Assembly (NCBI GenBank): GCA_964624025.1
Contig: CAZUXK010000003.1
Span: 1-58,097, forward strand
Direction: 5' to 3'
Origin: an uncultured Brevundimonas sp.
GTDB taxonomy: Bacteria > Pseudomonadota > Alphaproteobacteria > Caulobacterales > Caulobacteraceae
DNA: 58,097 bases
The notes below the pieces were generated by a model, which did no database searches, had not been told where the DNA came from, and was given only the letters and a program-made list of their open reading frames with translations. Shown here one piece after another: positions 18,609 to 26,901 of the stretch. A program made the translations under genes and the position numbers. Positions within the stretch are counted from its first letter, which is position 1, and every line of letters starts with the position of its first letter.

Positions 18609-18684
18609 GTGGCACAGAGAAGTTGGCACGGCACCACTTAAACATATGAAACTCCTTGTGATTGATGGCAGTCAGGCTGGGATT
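18609..18684 (-). other. Internal inverted att-like site (core plus arm-type repeats)
   Basis: Reverse complement of 18666-18684 is AATCCCAGCCTGACTGCCA, 14/19 identical to the tRNA end; TTGGCACG lies 35 bp from this core, as it does at attR. Confidence 0.6.
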
Positions 18685-18731
18685 GCTTGTGATTCAAGCC
18701 GTCCAGAGCCGTTGCGCCCTTCGATGTCACC

Positions 18732-18803
18732 GATGTAGCGGACCACAATATGCGAGTCAAGTCGTATTTCCCCACTTGACGCATTGTTTGAAGATGGTAT
18801 GTT
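18732..18803. promoter_or_regulatory. Divergent housekeeping-type promoters around an inverted repeat
   Basis: Plus strand TTGACG(18776)-N16-TATGTT toward MarR/integrase; minus strand TTGACT(18760)-N15-GCTACATC; inverted repeat GTCAAGT/ACTTGAC at 18756-18780. Confidence 0.5.
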
Positions 18804-18845
18804 CTCTCCATCGTCGCAGCGAGCGGCGGACTTGAAAGATGCGAG

Positions 18846-19304
18846 ATGAAGCGACCGGTCCAGCATGGTGTCGAAGGCACAGATACAGATCGCGTGATGG
18901 CCGCGATGAACGGTCTCGCCGACCACGCCGCGACGTTCGCGGCAATTGAGTCGAGCGTCCGCACGATTGCCGAACTGATGCCCGCGCGCGTGTCATTGCG
19001 GCAGGGCCTCGCCTTCCTATTCGTCGTTCACGCCAACGCTCGGGGCCGCCGAGTGACGATGACAGACGTTCGCCAATCCTTCAGCGAAACGGAACACGGC
19101 TCGGTCAGCGTTGGCCAGTCCATCGCGAAGTCGTTTCAGGTCTTCTTTGAAGCCAGCAAGCAAGAGCCGAACGGCCTGAACTGGGTTCGGCAGGAAGCCG
19201 ACCGTGACGACCGGCGAAAGAAGTATCTGGTCATCACCGCCGAGGGCGCGGAGGTCGCACTGAAGATGGTTGCGCCTCCGCAGATCGAAGGCGACGAAGC
19301 ATGA
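18846..19304 (+). CDS. MarR-like winged-helix protein
   Basis: C-terminal GLNWVRQEAD.DDRRKKYLVIT.EG wing motif; ATGA coupling to the integrase. Confidence 0.8.
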   Translation: MKRPVQHGVEGTDTDRVMAAMNGLADHAATFAAIESSVRTIAELMPARVSLRQGLAFLFVVHANARGRRVTMTDVRQSFSETEHGSVSVGQSIAKSFQVFFEASKQEPNGLNWVRQEADRDDRRKKYLVITAEGAEVALKMVAPPQIEGDEA

Positions 19305-20401
19305 AATCCTTCGCCCTCAAGCCCAAGTCATCGGGCATCCTCTACGTCGAGTTTTACGAAGGAGAGGTTCGGCGACGCATCACCACGGGATCACGAGATA
19401 CGAAGGTCGCACGTCAACGCGCGCGAGAAATCGTTAGCGGAAACGTCGTCACTCCGACCCCCTCCGCACCGTCGAAATCGAGCGGGATGACGATGGGCCA
19501 ACTGCTTGATCTGTGCTGTAAAACTGTCTGGGCACCCCGCAATGTTCGATCACAGCGGACGGTGAAATCCAATGCCAAAATCCTTCGCGAGATGATCGGC
19601 GACGAGCCGGTTTCCGACATGACGTTCACCCGACTGGAGCTTCTTGTTCAGGAGCTTTTCAACCGTGGCTACGCTGCCGGAACAGTTCATCGGAAGATGT
19701 GCGCCGTCAGCAAAGCCCTGAACTATGCCGCGAAGATCACGGGGCCGAACGGTAAACCTGTCTTCCATGGCAAGCCGTCGATGCCGACTGTGGTGACGAA
19801 GAATTCTCGAAGCCGCGTCATCACGGCTGCGGAAGAGAAAGCAATTTTCTCTGCCATCGAAAAGCGAGCGAACAGCGAACCGGCTCGGTCATGGACGCGG
19901 TTCGCGCACTTGATCAGGTTCTTGCTCGATACGGGATGTCGCTTGGGTGAAGCCCTCAATTTGAGCGACGCGCTGATCGAATCCGATGGCGACGCGACCT
20001 TCGTCACCTTCCCGCGATACTCGACGAAGAACGACGAGCCTCGCAAGCTGCCGCTATCGAAAGCTATCGTCGCGAGCTTGCCCTACCTCCGGTCATGCGC
20101 CGTAGGTGAGAAGCTGTTTCCGATGAAGTCGCAGACCGTCTGGTATATGTGGAACTCGATCCGCTCTGACCTTGTGGCAGCGGGTCTTCCAGTTGCCGAT
20201 GTCGTTCTTCACACGATGCGCCACACCTGCCTGACGCGCCTCGCCCGCAGCGGCCTCGTGCCGCTGGAGCGTATCAGCGACTGGGCAGGGCACTCGACTA
20301 TTCAGGTCACGATGGACCACTATCGGCACATGCTGCCCGCCGACAAGCTCTCGACTCTCGCCGTCATTGAGGACATCGCAGCCGCAAATGCCAACCAATA
20401 G
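19301..20401 (+). CDS. Tyrosine recombinase / phage integrase
   Basis: Catalytic R (TGCRLGE), K (TKND), HxxR (HTMRH), H (AGHS) and Y (DHYRH) all intact. Confidence 0.96.
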   Translation: MKSFALKPKSSGILYVEFYEGEVRRRITTGSRDTKVARQRAREIVSGNVVTPTPSAPSKSSGMTMGQLLDLCCKTVWAPRNVRSQRTVKSNAKILREMIGDEPVSDMTFTRLELLVQELFNRGYAAGTVHRKMCAVSKALNYAAKITGPNGKPVFHGKPSMPTVVTKNSRSRVITAAEEKAIFSAIEKRANSEPARSWTRFAHLIRFLLDTGCRLGEALNLSDALIESDGDATFVTFPRYSTKNDEPRKLPLSKAIVASLPYLRSCAVGEKLFPMKSQTVWYMWNSIRSDLVAAGLPVADVVLHTMRHTCLTRLARSGLVPLERISDWAGHSTIQVTMDHYRHMLPADKLSTLAVIEDIAAANANQ

Positions 20402-20504
20402 TGTTGTCCCACTTTGCGAATTATCACACTATTCTTTTTGTCGATACTATAGTGGCCACGCTTGGCACGCTTAATACTGATAACGTATTGTTATTGTTGT
20501 GTTG

Positions 20505-20525
20505 AGTCCCGCTCTGTCCGCCACC
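20505..20525 (+). other. attR (displaced tRNA-Ser 3' end)
   Basis: AGTCCCGCTCTGTCCGCCACC versus AATCCCTCTCTGTCCGCCACC in the tRNA. Confidence 0.88.
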
Positions 20526-20692
20526 GCCGCCCCCCTCTAGTCTCGGTCTCCTCGTCGCTCCCGCCAGGAGCCCGACACGCCGGGCGCACACCCCTTCAAA
20601 CTCATCCGATCGCCGCCGCTTCTGAGCCCCTGACAGGGGCTTCGGGGCCATTTGGCGCGCCCCGTTCTCAAGGGTCGAAAGATCCGGATGAG

Positions 20693-20874
20693 TTTCCCTG
20701 CTAACAGGGAAAACATCAGGGAATTTTGGCGGAAAGCGAAGCCCGCCCAGCGCAGGCATCGGCGCGAAATGCCCACGCTGCCTGCATTTGCGGCGCGCGG
20801 TCGAGTTCCGCCGGCTGCAGGAAGCAGGGAATTTTTCGCGCCCGATCAGGGAAGCGTCGGCGGATTTCAGGGAA
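20693..20874. repeat. CAGGGAA repeat array downstream of the serine recombinase
   Basis: Palindrome TTTCCCTG-CTAA-CAGGGAAA (20693-20712) and direct copies at 20717, 20825, 20847 and 20868. Confidence 0.8.
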
Positions 20875-22465
20875 GCAGAGCCGCCCGCTGATCGTCCCAG
20901 GCCAGGGGGATCGCACGATGGCGCAGGTCCTCCAGACAGAGCCCCGGCTTCTGTCGGCCCTCCAGGAAGGCGAGCTGCACGTCCGGCGCCAGATAGGCCA
21001 GCCGGACGAGGTCGCGCTGATGGGGTGAGGCAGGAGATCGCACGATCATCCCCTCATCTCCGGCGTGGTCGGCCAGGATCGCATGGGCCGCCTTCAGCGC
21101 CTTGATCAGCGCCTGGCTCAGCCGCGCCTGCCTCGGCGCCTCGCCCTGGACCCAGGCGCGCCCACCCCGGAACTGAAGCCGGCGCGGCACGTGGAGCCAG
21201 AGCCTGGCGCCGTCCAGCGACAGGCGCTCGCCGGGCTCAAGCAGACGCGTCAGCCGCTCGATCACCATCGGAACCGACCGCTCCTCTTCGGCCAGGACGC
21301 GGGTCGCCAGCGCGATCTGGACCGCGGCATCGTGCACCTCAACCCGTGTCAGAAGCGTTTGCGGGTCGACGTGGGGGGCAAGGCGATAGAGCACCCCGAT
21401 GACCCACCGCTCGGTCGCGAGGGCCGGCAGGCGGTGGATGGCGCCGGGGCGAGGGTCGCGGGTGCGGCGGATGATGGTGCTGGAGACATAGTACCGGTGA
21501 GGCGCCCCGCTGCGGCCGTAGGCGTGCATCGGGGTCATGGGCACGCCATCGGCGTCGAAGATCTTGCCCTTCAGCGGCAGTAGCGGCGGCGGGGGCGCGA
21601 TGCGGTCCTTACGCTTGCTCGCTGGCCCGCGGCGGGCCCGGGTCGCCAGCTGCGCCTGGACCCGACCAAAAGTGGTCTGGTCGATGATCGGCGGATGGTC
21701 GCTGGGATAGGCCTGATCCTTGTGCGGGACCATGCCGAGGTAGGTCTTGTTGCGCAGCAGATGGTAGAGGGCCCCGTTATCGAAGGGCGTCCCGCCGAAC
21801 ACTGCCCCGGTCGTCGCGGTCCAGCGTTTGGAGACCCGCCCCTCGGCTTTCAGCTCCTGCTTCAGGGCCGGCACCGACTGCAGCTCCAGGAACCGGCGGA
21901 AGATGTGCCGGACCAGCTCGGCCTCCGCCTCGTTGAGCTTCAGCTTGCGGCCGGCGGGATCGTATCCGAGGGGCGGGCATCCCCCCATCCACATGCCCTT
22001 CTTTTTGGAGGCGGCGATCTTGTCGCGGATCCGCTCGCCGGTGACCTCCCGCTCGAACTGCGCGAACGACAGCAGCACATTCAGTGTCAGCCGTCCCATG
22101 GAGGTGGTGGTGTTGAAGGCCTGGGTCACCGACACGAACGAGACGCTGTGCCGATCAAACACCTCCACGATCCGGGCGAAGTCGCTCAGCGCCCGGGTCA
22201 GGCGATCGACCTTGTAGACCACCACCACATCGACCTTGCCGGCCGCGACGTCGGCCAGCAGCCTCTGGAGCCCTGGCCGCTCCATGGTGCCGCCCGAGAT
22301 CCCGCCGTCATCGTAGGCCGTCGCCAGCGCCGACCACCCCTCCCCCGCTTGGCTCTTCACATAGGCCTCGCAGGCCTCGCGCTGGGCATGGAGCGAGTTG
22401 AAGTCCTGCTCCAGCCCTTCCTCGGAGGACTTGCGGGTGTAGATGGCGCAGCGGAGCCTAGGCAT
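20867..22465 (-). CDS. Large serine recombinase
   Basis: CAIYTRKSS, DDGG.SGG..ERPGL, VYKVDRLTR, LLSFAQFERE, G..PLGYD motifs; 532 aa. Confidence 0.95.
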   Translation of the reverse strand: MPRLRCAIYTRKSSEEGLEQDFNSLHAQREACEAYVKSQAGEGWSALATAYDDGGISGGTMERPGLQRLLADVAAGKVDVVVVYKVDRLTRALSDFARIVEVFDRHSVSFVSVTQAFNTTTSMGRLTLNVLLSFAQFEREVTGERIRDKIAASKKKGMWMGGCPPLGYDPAGRKLKLNEAEAELVRHIFRRFLELQSVPALKQELKAEGRVSKRWTATTGAVFGGTPFDNGALYHLLRNKTYLGMVPHKDQAYPSDHPPIIDQTTFGRVQAQLATRARRGPASKRKDRIAPPPPLLPLKGKIFDADGVPMTPMHAYGRSGAPHRYYVSSTIIRRTRDPRPGAIHRLPALATERWVIGVLYRLAPHVDPQTLLTRVEVHDAAVQIALATRVLAEEERSVPMVIERLTRLLEPGERLSLDGARLWLHVPRRLQFRGGRAWVQGEAPRQARLSQALIKALKAAHAILADHAGDEGMIVRSPASPHQRDLVRLAYLAPDVQLAFLEGRQKPGLCLEDLRHRAIPLAWDDQRAALLP

Positions 22466-22883
22466 CGGCCCCGCTGCGCTTCACAAGACCAAAGAACAGC
22501 GGCCCGCTCCAGGCGCCGCCCGATATGCCCCGGGCGACAGCCGTCAGGCTGCGGTAGGTGCGGCCGTCCCACTCGAACCCCGCCGGGGTGCGCCGGACCG
22601 TGTGCGCCCGGCCCTGCCACTCCCGCGTCAGGATCGTGCCCACGGGGACCTCGAGCGCGCCGCGCCTGGGTGGCTTCTGGTCCTGCAGCTTGCGCATGGC
22701 CTGCGGGCAGAGGCCGCCGAAGGCCTCGGCCTGGATCCGCCAGGCCAGCATCAGCCCCAGAAGCTCGCGCGACCGCAGCCTGGGCTCTGGGCCGCCGTAG
22801 CGGGCGACCCACGCCTGCCTCAGGCCCTGAAGGTCCAGGCGCTCCAGCGCCCGGACCTCCTCGGTGATCGCCGCCCGCGTCAC
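22458..22883 (-). CDS. DUF2924 family protein
   Basis: LAWRIQ..AFGGL, GT.L.REWQG..H.V, SLTAVA..ISG..WSGP.FFGL. Confidence 0.9.
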   Translation of the reverse strand: MTRAAITEEVRALERLDLQGLRQAWVARYGGPEPRLRSRELLGLMLAWRIQAEAFGGLCPQAMRKLQDQKPPRRGALEVPVGTILTREWQGRAHTVRRTPAGFEWDGRTYRSLTAVARGISGGAWSGPLFFGLVKRSGADA

Positions 22884-23233
22884 GTCGTGCCCCGCGCGTT
22901 CGCGTCGGCGATGCGGTAGACCCTGCCGGCGTCGGTTTTGTCCGACGTGATCGTCAGGCCGTGCTTGCGCTTGAGCGCCCCCGCCAGGGCCCCACGGACC
23001 GAGTGCGGCAGCCAGTCAGTCGCCTCGCTCATCTGCGCGACCGTCGCGCCCTCGGGGCGGCGCATCAGCGCCACGATGGTCCCGAGCTTGCCGGCGGGCG
23101 CGCCAGGCGCACCGGCGCTCTTAGGCGGCTTGCTGGCCCCATGATCGCTACGGCTGGCGACCCTGCGCTCGGGGGACTGCATCCCGCTGATCGCGGGACG
23201 GGTGGACTTCGATGCAGGCTTACTCTTGGCCAT
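22880..23233 (-). CDS. DUF3489 family winged-helix protein
   Basis: K...IVAL..RPEGAT......TDW.PHSVRGALAG.LK.K.G...GRVYRI; ATG at 23233 with GAGGAG SD. Confidence 0.88.
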   Translation of the reverse strand: MAKSKPASKSTRPAISGMQSPERRVASRSDHGASKPPKSAGAPGAPAGKLGTIVALMRRPEGATVAQMSEATDWLPHSVRGALAGALKRKHGLTITSDKTDAGRVYRIADANARGTT

Positions 23234-23355
23234 TGGGCCCTCCTCTTGTTTGAGCAGGCCCCGTGGTGGGCCTGCTACCGAGGAAGGCCCGCGAGGGGCG
23301 GGCACGAAGCGACCAATGCTTCGACAGCGGATGAAGTCCAGAGCACTATCGGGTC

Positions 23356-23997
23356 ATGAACGCTGATCACCCCTACCCCTACGAAGACGCCGCAGAACTG
23401 TTTGCCTTCGTCGCCTATCCCAAGGACGAAGCACGTCAGGCCCAAGCTGTGGCGACCTTGCGCCGGCGTTATGCAGCTTGGCTCGTGGATGCGACAGGTG
23501 AAGCAGCTAAGCCTCATCTGAGGGTGACCGACCTGCTCTCTGATGCAGGAAAGGTGGAGGCGTACAGCCGCAAATTGGAGCCGCTGTTGCGGAAGCGCCT
23601 TTTGGCGGGGCACATCGGCCGCGCCTACATCGAAGACGAACTCCAACAGCGTCCGACGAGGCTAACGCACGCCGCTATGGCCGAACGCGAAGGCGTAAAC
23701 GAGCGCGGCCTTCGGCGCCTGCTCAACGAAGCAGCCCCTGCTTTTCAGTTGTGCACGGCCCTGGCTGAAACCTTCCAGCGCGGTCGCCGACAGGCGCACA
23801 GCTCGGGGGGCGAAGAACCGGATATCTTCACCCTCATGCGCGATCCCGGCTTCGTCCCGAGCGTCCTGGGCCTAGCGCACATTCACGAAGCGCTGATCGC
23901 CCGGGTCGTCCAGCTGGAAGCGGTGCGGAGGCGAATGCTCCGACTTGAGGAGTCAAGGGCCATTTTCCGCCAGATGACAGCCCATCACACGGGCTAG
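23356..23997 (+). CDS. Hypothetical protein, possible HTH
   Basis: 213-aa ORF with ATG; LTHAAMAEREGVNERGLRRLL segment is HTH-like. Confidence 0.55.
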   Translation: MNADHPYPYEDAAELFAFVAYPKDEARQAQAVATLRRRYAAWLVDATGEAAKPHLRVTDLLSDAGKVEAYSRKLEPLLRKRLLAGHIGRAYIEDELQQRPTRLTHAAMAEREGVNERGLRRLLNEAAPAFQLCTALAETFQRGRRQAHSSGGEEPDIFTLMRDPGFVPSVLGLAHIHEALIARVVQLEAVRRRMLRLEESRAIFRQMTAHHTG

Positions 23998-24036
23998 TGC
24001 AGTTGGCACCAGCTCCCTTTCGAAGGGAGCTCCACA

Positions 24037-24763
24037 TTGCCACACATCCAACCGCTGAAGATCGAAATGGCGCCGCTCGCCGAACTGACGGTGAGCCCGC
24101 GTCACACTCGCCGAGTGACCCGGCCGCAGCTTCAGCGCGTTAAGCGCAGCATCTCCAAGTTCGGCTTCATTGTTCCGATCCTCATCGACGCTTGCGGTCG
24201 CATCATTGCCGGAGCCGTTCGCGTCGAGGCGGCCAAGGCACTCGGCTACAGCGAGGCCCCGTCCATCCGGCTCGAACACCTGACGCCGGAGCAGGTCGAA
24301 GCCTTCGCCATCGCCGAGAATCGCTTGGTCGAGACCGGCGAATGGGACGACGACATGCTCGCTGTGGTCTTCAAGGACCTCAGCGCGCTGGACCTTGATT
24401 TCGGCCTCGACATCACCGGGTTCACCCTGCCGGAGATCGACCTGAAGATCGCCGGCATCGACCAGGGAGATGACGCGGCCGACGATCCTGACGACCGGGC
24501 CGTCCCGCCGGGGCCCTCTGTAGTCCAGCATGGAGAACTCTGGACCCTCGGCCGGCATCGCCTCATCTGCGGCTCCTGTCTTGAGACAGAGGTTTGGACC
24601 CGGCTGATGGCGGGCGTGGTCGCCGCGATCATCATCGCTGACCTCCCCTACAACTGCGCCATCACAGGGCACGTCAGCTCGACCGGCAAGTTCCGCGAGT
24701 TCGCCATGGCCTCGGGCGAGATGGGCGAGGCCGAGTTCCAGGCCTTCATGCTTCAGGCCTGCC
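24037..24763 (+). pseudogene. ParB-N + N6/N4 DNA methyltransferase, truncated by IS6
   Basis: SI.KFGF..PILID, IAENRL.E..EWD, W.LG.HRL.CG and ADLPYN (DPPY-like) motifs; runs into the IS terminal repeat before the SAM-binding motif. Confidence 0.88.
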
Positions 24764-25578
24764 GGCGCTGTCAGGATAACTGTGCCGGGTTGAGAAGCGC
24801 CCTGCCCTGCTGAAATCAGGCGACAGCGGCTGACCATGCAGCGTCGGCTTCGGCGCGGAAGCGGCGAAGTGTGGGTCTGCTGATCAAATGGCGTTGGATG
24901 TTGAAGGTGTTGTAGATCGCCGCGTGGGTTGTGAGGAATCTCTGGGCTGAGGCTTGGGATTTGAACCGCTGCTGTTGTCGTTCTCGTCGTCGGATCGGCA
25001 GGTGGGAGTTCTCAACGCGGTTGTTCTCCCGGAGCCGGCCCGGCCGGTGCAGATGCCTCAGATTCAGTTGATCGAGAGCGGCTCCGTACGACGCCAGGCC
25101 GTCGGTCGTGATCGTCTGCGGCTCGACCGGCTGGTTGTGGAGGAGGCGCTTCAAGAGCCTGATCGCCGCCTCTGTGTCCCGCCGGCGCTGGACTACAAGG
25201 TCCAGGACCTCACCTTCGTCGTCGACGGCCCGCCACAGATACAACCGCTTGCCGCCGATCCAGCAGACCATCTCGTCCAGATGCCAGCGCGGCGACGGAG
25301 CCGGCCGATGACGCCTCAATCTTTTGGCGATCAGAGGTCCGAACTTGATGGTCCAACACCGGATCGTCTCGTAGCTGACATCGATCCCGCGCTGCGCCAA
25401 CAGCTCCTCGACGTCTCGAAAACTGAGGCTGAATCGAAAGTACAGCCATACGGCGTGGCAGATTACGTCAGCCGGAAATCGGTGACGCTTGAACGAAATC
25501 GGCTTCACGAAACACCATCCCAGACAGCGGCTTATGCCGACTTTGCCGGTGACCTTTTGGCGTTTGCCTGACAGCACC
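24764..25578 (-). mobile_element. IS6-family insertion sequence (815 bp)
   Basis: Imperfect terminal repeats GGCGCTGTCAGGATAAC / GGTGCTGTCAGGCAAAC around a DDE transposase. Confidence 0.92.
24816..25508 (-). CDS. IS6-family transposase, intact
   Basis: FKRHRFP, WHLDE, YLWRAVD.EG, TTDG, NNRVE.SH motifs; GTG at 25508. Confidence 0.95.
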   Translation of the reverse strand: MKPISFKRHRFPADVICHAVWLYFRFSLSFRDVEELLAQRGIDVSYETIRCWTIKFGPLIAKRLRRHRPAPSPRWHLDEMVCWIGGKRLYLWRAVDDEGEVLDLVVQRRRDTEAAIRLLKRLLHNQPVEPQTITTDGLASYGAALDQLNLRHLHRPGRLRENNRVENSHLPIRRRERQQQRFKSQASAQRFLTTHAAIYNTFNIQRHLISRPTLRRFRAEADAAWSAAVA

Positions 25579-25693
25579 CAACGGCGTATTGTCGGTGGGC
25601 TGCCCATGTCTGCAGTTGGCGCCGAGCTGCCCCCTCCCCTCCCAGCTTTGCGCCTAAGCTTCATTCCTCGAAACGCAGCCGCCTGTTCGCTGA

Positions 25694-25704
25694 CTGACAG
25701 CACC
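25694..25704 (-). repeat. Orphan IS6-type terminal repeat
   Basis: CTGACAGCACC, identical to and co-oriented with 25568-25578 and 43958-43968. Confidence 0.75.
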
Positions 25705-25722
25705 TGATCTCGCGCGACCTGA

Positions 25723-26901
25723 TTAGCCCGGGACGCCGTCGAGCTGACGTGCGATCAGCTCCTTCATGATCTCGTTGGCGCCGCCGTAGATCTTCTGCAC
25801 GCGGCTATCCACGAACTGACGCGCGACGCCATATTCCTGCATGAAGCCGTAGCCGCCGAAGATTTGCACGCAGTCGTCGGCGACCTCGCACTGGACCTCG
25901 CTGCTCCACCATTTGATCATGGAGGCGGTGGCGGGATCGAGGGCATCGCGGTCCAGCCGGCCGATGGCGTCGGCCATGAAGCAGCGCAGGACCTCCGTCT
26001 TGGTCTTGGCTTCCGCCAGCTTGTAGCGCACGTTCTGTTGATCGATCAGGCGCTTGCCGAAGGCTTGGCGGGTCTGGGCGTAGGCCACGGTCTCGGCCAC
26101 CACATAGTCCATGGCCCCGAGCGCCAACAGACCGACCGCCGCCCGCTCCCAGGGCAGCTGCTCCATCATCTGGAAGAAGCCCTGGCCCTCGGTATCCCCG
26201 AGAAGAGCGCTCGCGGGCGCGCGCACGTCGTCGAAGAACAGCTCGGCGGTGTCGTTGCCCTTCATGCCGATCTTCTTGAGATTGGCCCCCCGGCGGAATC
26301 CCTCCAGCTGGTCCAGCTCCAGGATCACCAGGGAGATGCCGCGGGCCCGCGCGTCCGGGTCGGTCTTGGCCACGAGGCAAACGAGGTCGGCCGAACCGCC
26401 GTTGGTGATGAAGGTCTTGGACCCCGAAATCGAATAGCCGTCCTTGGTGCGGACCGCCGTGGTGCGGATGCCCTGAAGGTCCGATCCCGCGGCGGGCTCG
26501 GTCATGCCCAGCGCCGCGACGATCTGGCCGGACGCGAGGCCGGGCAGCCAGCGCGCCTTCTGGTCTTCGGTGCCGTAGGCCTCGATGTAGTGGAGGACGC
26601 ACTGCTGGATGACGATGCCCCAGCCGGTGTCGCCCGAACGGGCGTAGCCGAGGCAGGTCAGGGCCTCGAAGCTGCGCGGAAGGCCCGACCCGCCGTACGC
26701 CTCTCCGATCGAGGGCGCGATGAGGCCGAGCTCGCCCGCGCGGGTCCAGAGCGCCCGGTCCACCACGCCTTCCTCGTACCAGCGGGCGGAGTGGGACGTG
26801 ATCTCACTCGCCACGAACCGCTCCACAAGATCGGCGAAGGTGGCGTGATCGTCCGTCCACCAGTCGGCGCGCTGAAACACCGAGGCAGTGTCGCCGCTCA
26901 T
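25723..26901 (-). CDS. Acyl-CoA dehydrogenase
   Basis: MTEP.AGSDL, GSKTFITNG, K.GM...DTAELFFDDV, R.AFGK, IYGGANEIMK. Confidence 0.95.
   Translation of the reverse strand: MSGDTASVFQRADWWTDDHATFADLVERFVASEITSHSARWYEEGVVDRALWTRAGELGLIAPSIGEAYGGSGLPRSFEALTCLGYARSGDTGWGIVIQQCVLHYIEAYGTEDQKARWLPGLASGQIVAALGMTEPAAGSDLQGIRTTAVRTKDGYSISGSKTFITNGGSADLVCLVAKTDPDARARGISLVILELDQLEGFRRGANLKKIGMKGNDTAELFFDDVRAPASALLGDTEGQGFFQMMEQLPWERAAVGLLALGAMDYVVAETVAYAQTRQAFGKRLIDQQNVRYKLAEAKTKTEVLRCFMADAIGRLDRDALDPATASMIKWWSSEVQCEVADDCVQIFGGYGFMQEYGVARQFVDSRVQKIYGGANEIMKELIARQLDGVPG

Larger units (their letters stand above)
15800..20525. mobile_element. ~4.7-kb tRNA-Ser-integrated element (tyrosine integrase, MarR-like protein, HUH endonuclease)
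   Basis: 14-bp direct repeat CTCTGTCCGCCACC at 15800-15813 and 20512-20525; integrase ends next to the distal copy; visibly lower GC than the flanks. Confidence 0.88.

Noticed and set aside
18638-18996. Short minus-strand ORFs over the internal att and promoter region
   Set aside because: They overlap the MarR gene and regulatory sites, with no motif support
20402-20500. AT-rich stretch (GATACTATAG, TTAATAC) as a T7-like promoter
   Set aside because: The fragments do not form a contiguous promoter; better explained as the att arm region
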